This document shows positions 1-13,300 of a stretch of DNA of 64,000 nt, in pieces. The notes below the pieces were generated by a model. The model worked only from the letters and a program-made list of their open reading frames with translations. It searched no databases and had not been told where the DNA came from. The stretch spans positions 281,666,001 to 281,730,000 of the forward strand of contig OZ024740.1 in NCBI GenBank assembly GCA_964016885.1, given 5' to 3'. This DNA is from Eledone cirrhosa. Its lineage: Eukaryota. Every line of letters begins with the position of its first letter. Within the stretch, counting starts at the first letter, position 1. A program made the translations under genes and the position numbers.

Positions 1-19
1 CTATTGCATTGAAAAACAA

Positions 20-930
20 ATAGTTTTGGAAATAGGGATCAATCTCAATGTGTGCACCAGATGGCACAAGCTCTAGGACTGCTACTGGTCGTAACAGAGC
101 TCCGTTAAAGCGTTTTTTTAAAGATAAGGAGCCATTAATGAAAGCTTACTTAACATAGATGAAAATGAAATTCGTTCTTTTGTTATAGCACTCTTTCAAC
201 TGATTTTCAAAGATAGTTTTAATATTAAAATTAGATTATTTACTACTAATTACTTCATAATTCAGAGTATTTGACGATTATTCAATACGAAATTTTAGAA
301 ATGTAGTCTATTAATTTTAATAAACCACTGTAACTATACCATAAGCTATCTGCGAGGAGGCAGTATCATTCAATCAAAGTTATTATCCACTTTGACATAT
401 TGCAACTGAATAAATCTGAGAAATCAATGATAAGAGTAATTTTCACAATTATAACTGAGCATATCTTTTTATTTAAAAATCCCCCCATACACACAAACAC
501 ACACAACTCTAAATGCTAACCAAACTATCAATGGAAACTAATACATTTGAAAAAGTTTAACTCTTTCAAATGCAGCATTCTCGTGAAATACAGAAATTTT
601 ATAAAGATCCTTCAAAATGATATCTTTGTGGAACTCCCACATGATAAGAGAAGTGCTACTGTAAACGAAAAATAAACACTTGACAATATAATGGAAATAT
701 TTATGCTTATTTCCATCTGGAAGTTGAAGATTTTCGAAAAGTAAAGGGGATATCTCTAGGTTCTTTGTTGTTGTCCGTATGTAGTAGCATCTATATAAAA
801 TTATTTGAAAACACATTTCTGATACATGCAATGATAAAACACAGTTTGACTGAGATATGTGTAAAACACATTCGGTACTTGCATAAACGGTGGTGTCAAA
901 GCAGGTATATGAAAATCCCCAATCCACTTT
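20..930 (-). mobile_element. possible highly decayed Helitron Rep/helicase remnant
   Basis: Minus-strand peptides CYYIR..KNL...LLFENLQLPDG...YF and LIMWEFHKDIILKDL loosely resemble Helitron motifs (YYLRLLL..V.GPTSFEDLRTVDG; LWEKHK..L.ED); weak similarity only. Confidence 0.25.
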
Positions 931-1644
931 ACAAATTACAACTCCGCCTTTCCTTTAGTGTAAAACGATATCATGTCATGCTTACAACATCGAATTACAA
1001 ATATCCACTCCAATAATGATTTATAAGAAAAAATAGAGATATATCAACATGACATCCTAGAAAAGCGTGTATCTGCGAAATCACACAACTATGTTCATTT
1101 TGAAGGATAAGTTAGATAAAAACTATCATACCTTATAACACATTATTGGAATGATCTGGTTTGATGGAATAGTGTATCTTTTGTCTGTATAACATCGTAA
1201 AAGTGTTCAAGAGTAACATTATACTTCACAGTCAGCTCATCAAATTTAAACTAATAGGAAAATAAAATAATTCAAATATTTCACATATATCTCATCCATT
1301 CGTTGCTGGGAATAAAAGGGTTTAGGATGAACTCTTGAAATTAAAATCATGGAGCATATAACGTAGTAAGCAGTGATGAATGGTAGAAACATGAATGTTA
1401 CGAGAAATGAAATTATATGCCACTTTGAAATAAGATCTCACTTTGAAATAAGATCACTTTGAAATAAGATCTCTATTATAGTTTAAGAACGACAATGGAA
1501 ACCATATTAGAGACAGTACATGTAGTGTTAAATAGAGGTCAAAGTTCCGACTACCATTAAGAAAAACTAATTAATCTATATATAAATTAGCAGTGGCATA
1601 CTTGAGAAGAGTGTTTTATTACTTCATGCTACTGACAGGAAGAT

Positions 1645-1925
1645 AACCCCCTCGATTCGACAACAGACTGGCCTGATAGATATGATCGAGACTATCAAAA
1701 AGAACACACATAGATGGGCTGGATATGTCCCTAGTTTTAGAGACACCAGGTGGGCTATTAAAGTGACTAAGTGGACACCAAGGCAGTGGAGAAGAACCAG
1801 AAGGTGGCCAAAGGCCGGATGGCGTGATGATCTAACCCGATACTTCAGTCCCACATGGTCAAATATCAAATATGGCCAGAGTTAGGAAGTGTTGGAGATC
1901 AACAAGGGATGCGTTCCTCCAATAG
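1645..1925 (+). mobile_element. RTE-clade LINE 3' remnant
   Basis: IRQQTGLIDMIETIKK..HRWAGYV..DTRWAIKVTKWTPR...GWRDDL matches the RTE ORF C-terminal signature. Confidence 0.8.
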
Positions 1926-2572
1926 AAGTGAGAAGGCTCTGGATTTTGTATTTTTGACTGCTGTCAAAATTATTAAATGCTAATAAATCATGCTGGCTTT
2001 GCCGTGTAGTTAAAACGTTCGACTGACAAACAAGTAATTCTTTACTTGATCCTACTGTACGTCAGCATAAGCAGTAGTCTCAGTTTGATCACTACCTGAT
2101 GTGTTAAATTAGGAAAATTGAAACTGTTTGGAAGCCCATCATATGTATGTGTGTTTGATCCTGTGTTTGTGTAAAACCGGTTTGTCGAATTTTGTCTTTT
2201 TATGTCAAAAATGGTAACTTGCCTTTCAGTAAATGAAGACCTATAAAATAAATGCCAGACTAAAGTTGAAATTATTGAGCTCAAAACTCTGTTGATGTAA
2301 AGCGAAGTGTTAAACTACAGTGATAATCATGTTTAAGCATAGCTATATATACGATGCAGTCGAATAGATTATTTTGAGCTGAGTGTATGATTGTTACAAA
2401 CCATGATTGCTGGTAATCAATTATGTATAATATAAATATAACTAAAGTAAATCATTTGAAACCTCTTCTTGTTAATACGTGGGAGAAAATGCAATTATGA
2501 TATTGAAGTGAGTTATACATGTGAGCATAAACTGAATGTACTGTTTCAAAGGTTGTATTGAGTAGGTGAAAT

Positions 2573-2706
2573 AATTGTTTCTACTTTAGGCACAAGGCCA
2601 GCAATTATCCAGTGCATTACTGATACTTATCGACCCCGTAAGGATGAAAGGCAAAGTCAACTTCGGCGGGATTTGAACTCAGACCGTAAAGGGACGTAAC
2701 TATGCT
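2573..2706 (-). mobile_element. tRNA-derived SINE family A, 5'-truncated
   Basis: Reverse complement of the recurrent ~180 bp repeat (B box GAGTTCAAATCCC, core CCTTTCATCCTTACGGGGTCGATAA). Confidence 0.9.
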
Positions 2707-3219
2707 ATAGTCGGTGGTTGTAGCCATATTTTGACATACTAGACAATTTTTATTCAAGTTTCACAATTAAGAAATTTTAAGCGATGATGGAAACCGTAAT
2801 CTGCAGCAGAATGAAACTTAGCTGAGAAGAATTAAGTTTCAGTGTTCGGAAAATTTAATCTACCACAGCTTCACTGTGTTAATTATGTTATATCTTGCAA
2901 ACTGAAGTTGAAACTTTTATATACATTGGATTGTATTTCTTCAAATTAAAAATCAATAATGTGAATATGATAAACCTACTATCGTTCTTGTATGAGTTGA
3001 TATGCGGGTGTTTACAGAGTGAGTTGTATTAGCTATAGAAAATACTTTAAACGTATCTTCTTTTCGAACCACATACTAACTATAACCAGCGTTTATTGAT
3101 GGTGAGCCACCTTAGGATAGCCAAAGCCTATTGATCAAATCCATTCAATTATTATATAGAGAGAAAAATAGTGTATATGTCTGTCATATTGTAACAACTG
3201 TACTCAAGCAGGATGATTT

Positions 3220-3690
3220 TTATTAAGGATTTTAAAATATTTCTTTACTAGTTTAATATATTTGGTTTCGAACAATAACATTCCTAAATCCACAATGCTA
3301 TTAACATTTCGAGACCTTCACAGGTCCATCTTCAGAAGAAGAATGGTAAAAGTAATGTAGTATTGTTCGCGTGTATTGCAGTAAAAGGAAACGATCATCG
3401 GTGCTGTAATAAAAATCATGGACGCATAATTTAAATAGGCCATTAACTTTTCCATTCTTATTCTAACAATTGGGCAGTGAAGGTTTGAAAATGTTAATAG
3501 ATTTAAGAACGTTATTGTTCTAAACTAATCCCGCCGAGGTTAACTTTGCCTTTCATCCTTACGGGGTCGATAAAATAAAGTACCAGTAATACACTGGGTA
3601 ATTGCTGGCCTTGTGCCTAACGTAGAAACAGTTATTGTTCTAAACTAAAATACATAACTAATAAGAAAGTATTTAAAATCCTTCATAAAA
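3220..3690. repeat. diverged fold-back with HHR-like motif, interrupted by a SINE
   Basis: ~3223-3320 is the reverse complement of ~3477-3527 plus ~3631-3685; minus strand reads CTGAAGA-TGGACCT.GTGA.AGGTCTC-GAAA at ~3300-3335. Confidence 0.7.
3528..3630 (+). mobile_element. SINE family A, 5'-truncated, with 18-bp TSD
   Basis: GTTATTGTTCTAAACTAA flanks both sides (3511-3528 and 3631-3648). Confidence 0.92.
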
Positions 3691-3845
3691 AAGATCAAAT
3701 TTATCACAGTCGTATTTTCAATAAAATATGTTTGAAAGAAAAGCTTTTCCCTGTGTATTCATACAAACATAGATTCATACAAACATGCATACATGCATGC
3801 ATGTATACATACATACACAGATACATACATGCGTGCATACATACA

Positions 3846-4398
3846 TGGTGGCTGCCAACTCGTTTTCGAGTACGGCCACTACTTTATATCCATGTAGGAG
3901 AACCCCTACCGATGCGCTGAATGAGTGTGACTTTTTAGTCCAGCCAGCGACTTGAAAACTCTGGTACAAACACTACACTTGTGACAATTATTGACACATA
4001 GTGCTGGGCCCATGGTACCATGTGACGACAAGTACAGAGAGATCTCCAGATATAAAGCAATGCCTGTGCCGTGAAGCTTTTATAGTGAGCAAAGGCTCTG
4101 CACAAAGCCAGTCCCACTCTCTTAACCAAGATGATATTTACCATAAAGAAGAACAAGTCAACATCATTGGATACCATCAGGATTGCAGGTGTTATATCAG
4201 AGTTTTCCTTCTCCTAGAATTCTGCCTTGACAAAGGCTTAGGGGTCATCTCTCCCGGTGATTTTGGATGGCCATTGACTCTTAAGAGTTCCTTTTCCCTT
4301 TGACAGGTTTTGTTTTTAGTCCTTCAGGATGTCCAAAGTCACCCTCCTCACCAAGAAACCTTGGTGGGTTTGCCAGTTTAGTCGCCAACGACCCGACA
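3846..4398 (+). mobile_element. (CATA)n-flanked retroposon or LINE 3' UTR fragment
   Basis: Diverged second copy at ~4967-5440; both end GTTTAGTCGCC.ACGACCCGAC and start next to CATA tracts. Confidence 0.6.
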
Positions 4399-4418
4399 TA
4401 CATACATACATACATACA

Positions 4419-4450
<32 letters not shown>

Positions 4451-4500
4451 ATTCATACATACATACATACATACATACATACATACATACATACATACAT
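4398..4500. repeat. (CATA)n microsatellite
   Basis: Read directly; a second tract at ~4897-4966. Confidence 0.95.
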
Positions 4501-4966
4501 TCAGATTTATGCCTGTAATTGTTGGGTCACTGGGATATGTTAGCAACTGGCTCAATACAAATCTTGAGAAGCTAGGCTTCACAGGAACAGAAAAAACACA
4601 ACTTGTTCCATTAATGGAACAATAAAAATATGTAAAACATTCCAAAATTTTGCATCTAATAACTGCATAGACACATGTACAGATACAAAGCATATACACA
4701 TGCACACATACAACTCAAAACATACACATCCACACATACAATAACATCCATATCTACACAAGCATGCATGCAGGCATGCATACATAATCTACCTAGTTGA
4801 TGTTGTGTAAATTCCAATGAGAGAGTCTTGTGTCTGTGTTAGAATCCGACTCTCTCTCTATTGGTAAAAATGTGTGAAATTATAAAACCAGAAGAACATA
4901 CATACATACATACATACATACATACATACATACATACATACATACATACATACATACATACATACA

Positions 4967-5440
4967 TGGTGACTGCAAACTCTGCTAAGAGTATTGTAAT
5001 CGCTTGTCAGATTACAGAAAATGGTGTACCATTAGGCTACAGCCAGTCACACGAACCTGTAACATATCTTGAACAAGCAATGCCTGTGCTTTGAAGGTTT
5101 TTTAAGTGGGGAAAGGCCTTACACTCGACCAATCCCACTCTCTGAGCATCGAAAACACTACCCGAAAAGGAGAACTCGTCAACATCATCGGATGCTTCCG
5201 AAGTCGCAGGGTTTTTTTTTCAGAGTTTCCCTCTCCTAGAAAGGTGTTGTGACAAAACTGGCGGCCTTTCACTCCCAAGTAAAAAAAAAAGAAAAGTGCT
5301 ATTTGGATGGTCGTTGGCTCTGCTGAGTTCCTTCGCCCTTTGCCGGGTCTTGTATTTCATCCTGCAGGGTGTCCAAATATCACCCTAATCACCAAGCAAG
5401 CTTGGTGGGGTTGCCGGTTTAGTCGCCGACGACCCGACCA
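4967..5440 (+). mobile_element. second copy of the (CATA)n-associated retroposon
   Basis: Colinear similarity to 3846-4398 (GCAATGCCTGTG, TCCCACTCTC, GTCAACATCAT.GGAT, CAGAGTTT). Confidence 0.6.
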
Positions 5441-5774
5441 TGAGACAGGTTGTACTGGGTTACATGTTACCAATAGCACTTGAGAGCGACCTGACACATA
5501 CATACATACTGCATCTAATAACTGTACATGAATACACATGTACAGATACAAAGCATATGCACATGCACACAAAACATCCACATCCACACATACAATAACA
5601 TCCATACCTGCACACACATGTAAGTATGCAGACATGCATACATATCTACCTAGTTGATGTTGTGTAAATTCCAATGAGAGAGTCTTATATCTATGTTAGA
5701 AACCGACTTTCTCTCTATTGGGAAAAATCCAGAACATATATATATATATAAATACATAAGAGTACATACACGTA

Positions 5775-6101
<327 letters not shown>

Positions 6102-6439
6102 AATACAGAATGAAACCAGGGCTGCTAATACAAATTTTTCTTTAATCTCAACAATGTTTCTAAACAAACAAGTGTCGTGTCAGTACATGTAAACAATGAA
6201 TCAGACAGTTACAATTAATATTTTAAATGGCGTTCAGACTCAAATCTGAAGGCCATCAGGAGAGACGTGAAAATGTTATTTAGCACATTAAAAAGAATAG
6301 AGGCAAACAATAAGTAACAGCATAAAGTATAAGCAAGATTATAAATGGTAGAGAGAACAAATAAAGACTTTTAAGCCAGCGATGTACATAGGCATGCAAT
6401 AGTCCATTAGCATGAGCAATAATAATGAGGAACTTTAGC

Positions 6440-6940
6440 GGCATAGTCCTTGGAAAAGGGATGACCATTGACGTACATGGGAAACCAACCACATATTTGG
6501 CTATTATGACCACCCATCAAATTTTCAATCAATTTGAAGCTATATAATCACAGCGTATGAATACGTCAATGCTCATCCTTTTTTCCAATCTGGGGTTTTT
6601 TATAACTCCAACTATTAGGCTAATTTACTTAGTCAAAAATACGCCGGAAGCTCTATTTCTCTATCTAATTTTCAAATTCTCCGCTGTTTGTAAACAAATC
6701 TAATTTTTCAAAACATCTTATATATATATGCATTCATACGCTATGATTATATAGCTTCAAATTGATGGTAGATTTGATGGGTGACGTATTGGTGTAAGGG
6801 TAACATAGTGGTCATGATACCCACAGATATGGGTTCGTGTCCCATGTACGTCAATCTCATCCTTTTTCCAATCTGGGGTTTTTTATAACTCCAATTTACT
6901 TAGTCAAAAATAGGCGGAAGCTCTATTTCATTATCTAATA
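6440..6940. repeat. mosaic inverted-plus-direct duplication cassette ending at (TA)n
   Basis: ~6445-6562 is inverted at ~6731-6870; ~6562-6670 is directly repeated at ~6848-6939. Confidence 0.75.
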
Positions 6941-7289
6941 TATATATATGTTTATATATATATATATGTGTGTGTGTGTACATATGCTTGCGTGGAAGAT
7001 GGACGTCAAACGATGATGATGATGCTATATATGTATATACATATATATGTATATATATATATTTATATATATATATATATATTGTTATAATTTGACAGGG
7101 TCATGCCATCAATAAAAACACATGCACCAGTTGCTGAGCGAATGTGTTAGTCATTACGCTAAGTGATCCTTGGCACTGATTAACGTCCTTTAGATTTCAA
7201 ATTTCAAATGTTTTGTACCTTTTTAAGTCTACCTTTGTTGAAACTACGTCGGTTCCAACGATGATCGTTGTAGTTGTTCAAACAACAGA

Positions 7290-7540
7290 ACAGTCTGCTC
7301 CTGACATTAACGTCTAAGTGGTTCAGCATCTTACAGACACGTGCAACTTAAAAGAAGTTCTTAGGGAAATTCAGCGTGATACAGTCTGTGACAAGGCTGG
7401 TCTTTTGAATTGCTGGTACAACTCAATTTTACCAGCTGAGTTGACTGGATCAGCGTGACATAAATCGTCTTGTTCAAGGACAGAAAGCGTCACCGGGAAT
7501 CGAATTCACGAAGAAAATTCCGATAACCATGCACCTTCTC
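7290..7540 (-). mobile_element. tRNA-derived SINE family B, diverged
   Basis: Minus strand GTGAATTCGATTCCCGG..GTCCTTGAACAAGAC; related to the copy at 41.4-41.6 kb. Confidence 0.65.
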
Positions 7541-7563
7541 ATAAACAAAAATATATATATATA

Positions 7564-7688
7564 TAGGGTGGCCCAAAAGTCGCAATGCATAGGACATTTT
7601 TAAGTTTCCATATTTATTTATTATGAATAAATTGTTTCTTACAAAACATAATTATTTGTTTATGTATCGCGACTTTTGGGACACCCTG
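7564..7688. mobile_element. Tc1/mariner-type MITE
   Basis: TIRs AGGGTGGCCCAAAAGTCGC / GCGACTTTTGGGACACCCTG with TA flanks. Confidence 0.8.
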
Positions 7689-7703
7689 TATATATATATA
7701 TAC

Positions 7704-7752
<49 letters not shown>

Positions 7753-7755
7753 CGC

Positions 7756-7804
<49 letters not shown>

Positions 7805-8029
7805 AAGGAGAGAGAGAGAGGGAGGGGAGAAATATACATATATATATGTATGTGTGTAGACATATGTATCCTATATATGTGTGTATTTGAGTATAGTCAT
7901 GTGCGTATGTGTGTGAAGTTTCTCAAATAAGTATTATCACAGACAAATATGTTTAATATTCACAAATATAATGTAAATGTTTGCCTGCGTATATGAACAA
8001 TGTTATGCGTTTGCTTAATTTCATATCGC

Positions 8030-8200
8030 ATTGAGGGTCGGACACTATGCTTTGATGTATAGAGTTACGGCCCTTACCATTCTGAGTTCAAATCCCGCCG
8101 AGGTTAACTTTGCCTTTCATCCTTACGGGGTCGATAAAATAAAGTACCAGTAATACACTGGGATAATTGCTGGCCTTGCGCCAAATGTAGAAACAATTAT
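8030..8200 (+). mobile_element. SINE family A
   Basis: Matches the family consensus. Confidence 0.9.
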
Positions 8201-8624
8201 TATCATTAACCTCACCCAGGAATACAGATTTCTTCAGAAAAATTAATTATTTTCATGTTACTGTCACTGTCTCTGTCACTGCCAGTTTCCTTCATTCCAC
8301 TTCAAATAGATTAGATAACATATTTGTCTTATTTAATTAATAAAATAGAACTTTGATCTTTTCAACACCTAAATTTACTGTCAGATCATCGCTTGGGCTA
8401 CAACTCTAATCTACAATATTAATGTCATGGGTATATGATTAAAGGTTATGGATATTAAGTTAATATAAGTAATTTTCAATCGTAAATATCTTGCGACGAC
8501 CAACATTAGTTGAAATTGTAAATGTTCAATGATATCAATTGTGTGTATTAAATTGGTTTAATTCTTAGGGAATTCTAAGATATATAATTCTAAATTATAA
8601 ATAAAATTAATATAGCATAAAATT

Positions 8625-8810
8625 AATTGTTTCTACTTTAGGCACAAGGCCAACAATTACCCAGTGCATTACTGGTACTTTATTTTATCGACCCGGTAAG
8701 GATGAAAGGCAAAGTCAACCTCGGCGGGATTTGAACTCAGATCGTAAAGGGACGTAACTATGCTGGAAAGCATGGCGTCCGACCCTCTACCGATACTGCC
8801 AATCCACCGT
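8625..8810 (-). mobile_element. SINE family A, full length, with TSD
   Basis: Full consensus; TAGCATAAAATTAAT at both flanks. Confidence 0.92.
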
Positions 8811-9185
8811 AGCATAAAATTAATATAGCAATATGCAGATGACTGGCAAATGGGATCCTAAGATTATATAACTCCACTGGTCTCAGTCCTCTGTATTATT
8901 ACTCCAACTAACGGCCATCTCATAAATCTAAACATACTAAAGTATTAGAAATAGTTCAACAAACCTACATAAAGACGATTGTGTCGATATACTGGATGAA
9001 GTTAAAACTTTTATGACTCCCTCATTCAAAGAAGGTAGAAATGTACAGTAATATGTATCTTGAAGATAGTAGAATGTCTGGCACCAAACTTTGTTATTTA
9101 AAACTCTGCAGACCTCAACTTCTCTCGCCATAACATATCGTTAAAAATTCCCCTCTATATCTCCTGAGTGATACTGTAATATTTT

Positions 9186-9368
9186 GGTGGATTGGCAGTA
9201 TCGGTAGAGGGTCGGACGCCATGCTTTCCAGCATAGTTACGTCCCTTTACGATCTGAGTTCAAATCCCGCCGAGGTTGACTTTGCCTTTCATCCTTACGG
9301 GGTCGATAAAATAAAGTACCAGTAATGCACTGGGTAATTGCTGGCCTTGTGCCTAAAGTAGAAACAAA
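9186..9368 (+). mobile_element. SINE family A, full length
   Basis: A box TGGCAGTATCGG, B box GTTCAAATCC, Meta-domain-like core, tail AGTAGAAACAA. Confidence 0.92.
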
Positions 9369-10336
9369 TATTATAAATTTAGCTTCGAAAATATGCAAAG
9401 AGATACCAACACCTTCAAAAAGCACTTGGTATTTCTACTGTGCACAATATTGGATACATAGACAGTGACAGCAAACTTCTGCATTCACACTTCAATAAAT
9501 CTTATGGAGGGACGCCCCGAGTAACTATAAACGAACTCTCAGAAAAGGAGTAAAAACATATACTTATCTGATTATTATCACTATAACATTTGATAAATGT
9601 TTCTAGCTTAAATGAAAGCCTTTCAGAAAAAATAATTGTATATAAATATACCAGCAAAGAAACAAGACAATTAATCATTTGATAACCCCATGTATGAAAC
9701 CCATTTTTTAAAATGATGATATCACGAAACGATATTAGTGAAAAGGAAAATATGATTTGCTCACATCTAGCTTTTTTCGAAAACAGATTATCTCATTTCA
9801 ATTATCCCATTTCATTTCCTTTTATACGTAAATTCAGATCGTTAAACTGAAAGCAACAAAAGAAGTGAAAACTAATATTCTAATGATGACATTTTACTTC
9901 CATTTCAGAATGTTGTTTACAATTCCGGTGAATGTTTGGGTTTGACATTTCTATCGTTTTTATCTAACCATAAGTTATAAATTAATAATCTGCTTTTTAA
10001 ATGATTTATAGCTACTCAATCGAGTCCTGTCAAAGTCTTTTGCTGAAATATTCTCTCCAAACATTGATTTGTTGAGGTGCTTTTGATACAAATTCAAAAT
10101 CAGTTGAAGCTACATATAATCATATCTAGTTTAACAAACACTGCATACTTCCCTTTATACCTCTCATTAATTTGACATGCTGTTTCTGGATTTGTTCACG
10201 TTATCACGTCACATTCAGAAATAATCTATAAATATCCAAAATCTTATCTATATAGCAGTACTGCAGAGCTTCCGTCACAGTTTTGGCATTGGAGATGCTT
10301 AAGTACACGAATAATATTATTATTATTATTATTATG

Positions 10337-10368
<32 letters not shown>

Positions 10369-10369
<1 letters not shown>

Positions 10370-13300
10370 GGCGACCAACGTAGTAAATCGTATCATCGTG
10401 AGCTCCGCAAAGGTTTGTTTTCAGTTGTTTAAAATTGCCATTTATGGAAAATTTTTATTGTTAACTGTATATAAGTGCACATAAATTGTTTTCTGAAAAG
10501 GAGACTCAAAAAGATTGGGGCCTTGAGCCCAAAATTTAAACTTTTATAATTATAAAGAAAAAAATTTCGGTGAAAAATCATGGCCAACTCACAGCTGAAC
10601 CAAGTAGCTGAGAGCCTTCCTCACAAATTAACACCTCACACCGACACCACCATTGTAAATATTACTACGTTTGCCAACACTAAAAATATAAGCAGTAGCA
10701 ATATTTTAAATTTGTCTCAGGCACACATTCATTTCCCGCCATTACCAATGACTGCAGGTGTTGAAGCTGCCACCCCCAGCACCACCACAGCGACAACAGA
10801 AACAAAAGAAAAAAATAAATTATCTCGTGATATCGAAATGAATTCACCCAAAATGAACTCTTCCACACCGAACACCACTGACGCCACCACCACCACAACT
10901 GAAACTAAAATTAACAATAACAAAAATAACGATAGCAACAACAGCAACGATGAGAATAAGAAATCCCTGTCTTTTGCCAGAGTAGCAAAAAAGTGCGAAG
11001 CAATCCAGGTAACTCAGGAGGAATTAGAAGAAGCCAAAAGAATGGTAAAGAAAGATGGGTACAGGGTCAGCCTACCCCTACCCCCCTACCTAATAAAATG
11101 GAGCATCGGCGCCTATGCACCGTGTCTTATCGGACGATTAACATAAAATCGCGCCGAGTGGAACGGGCATCCGAGTCCCAAATCCAAAAAGATTTGGGAC
11201 ATGTATGGGCAAAATAAATCCACATCAGACGTGGGCAGAAATATGGAACCGTGGACGTGTTCTTTGAAACACCACAGGAGGCCAGAGAACACTCCATGGC
11301 CCCATTAAGAAGTGACGACTTCACACTCGTCCCTAGCTATTGTAGCCAGAGATTCGCGAAGATCAGGGTGACCCACGTTCCACCGGCCATCGAAATTTCC
11401 TGGCTAATGGCTGCCGTCCTCGCCGGCATCGAGGCCAACACCAAGATAATCGAAATAGCGAAAGAAAAGCAGGAGAACTGGTCCGGATCTGGGATGGAGC
11501 TCCTGATCCAAGCGGACAAAAAAGCATTGAGGAGATCCCAGAGGTAATAGACCTCATTGACGGCAGCCACCTCACCGTAATCGTCGAGGGCAGAAGGCCT
11601 AGGTGTGTCGTTTGTGGTGAAGGAACCCACCTAAGGGCTTTCTGCCCTCAGGCTAAAAGGTTGAGGCCACCTCTCTTACCCACCACAGTGACTCAACCAT
11701 CAACACCACCAGCAGCAGAAATGGCAGCAACAACTGTAGCAGCAACAACAGAAGCAACTGTAATAGCAACAACCCCAGCAACAGTAGCAAAACCAACACC
11801 ACCACCACCCAACTAGCACCAGCGCCTACACCATCCACCACGCCACAACCAAAACCAACGCCTGTGGAGCATTTTCCACTTCCCGACCTATCGCAACCGG
11901 AGACAGATTGTGACGACGAGGAGTGGGAAACGGTATCAGGAAAAAAGAAAAAAAGATAAAGAAACCAAAAAAGAAAAAATCCCCTTCCTTCCCCTTCCAA
12001 AAACAAAATACAGAGGGAAACAAATAAACTATCAAACAAAAAAGTTAGGACAGATATGCCACCATCCACACCAGCATCACCAACCCCATCACCACAAACA
12101 CCAACACCATCACCATCATTAAGCCCAACACCACCATCACCAACACCACAAAAGTCACCAAAAAGCGAAACAGAAACAAACCCACAACAAACGCAAACAA
12201 AACAATCAAAACGATACACACTACACAGCATTAAATTTGAACAACAAGCAATTATTACACTACATCCAACACAACACCAGCATCACAGAAAAAGACTACA
12301 CAACAACCCAAAAGTTCACACCACCTCCACACATACAAATCACTCGCATCAAACAGAAAACGTACACGGCACTAAAACAAAAATTCCCCAAAGACATCGG
12401 AGACTTCCGACAAGCACTCTCCAGGAGGATTTATAAGGACATCCTTCCGGAGGAGGCCACAAGCAGTGAAAAGGGATGGACAAACCATCCTTCCTCTACG
12501 AAAAGTAAGATAAGTGGTCTTTCCCATCTTTTCCACTCCATTTCAACATGACCTCACTCAGAATAGGCAGCATAAATGCGCGTGGCTTGGGGTCGTCATG
12601 GAAGCAGGGCCACCTGCTCAACGACCTCAGGTCACTAAACATAGATGTAGTGGCCATCAGCGAGACCAGAATCTCCGAAGCACGGGCCTTCGCACCGATC
12701 TTCGGCGGCTACGATGTGTACCCATCTCCCAGCCGTCCTGGATCGGGGGAAGGAGTTGCTGTGCTTTTACGGAGAGGTTTGGAACTCGCCATACGGGCCA
12801 TCTTCCTGGACAGAGAAGGTAAGTTGGTGGTGCTGGACGTGACCAGCGGAAACGGGCAATCTTTCAGGCTACTGGCTGTCTATGCCCTGACAGGAGTAGG
12901 ACGGCCTTATTTCTTCCGGCGTATGGAGACCTTTCTTGGAACGTCCCGCTCTTTAGTGTAAGTGGGCGACTGGAACGGGATCTTAGATGCACGCTGGGAC
13001 TGTGTGCGATTAGCGGATAGGGTAGGAGGGTGCAAGAGCCTCACCAAACTGTTCAGGCGTTTTGAACTGTCTGAGAGGTACCGATTGGATTTCCCGAATG
13101 TGCCAATGTGGACTTGGACAAATCGCATAGGGTCATCCAGATCATATCTAGAGAGAGTATTTTGTAGGGAAATAGATAGGTCTAGCATAGGCTGTCCACA
13201 ATTCAAGATAGTCAGCTACACGGACCACAAATTCGTGATCTGTGTGCTTGACTTAGATAGGCTTCATAGACGAGGACCCGGCTTCAGGAAGCTAAACGCG

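Noticed and set aside
9186-9270. A and B boxes as a tRNA gene
   Set aside because: No full cloverleaf; it is the head of a many-copy SINE
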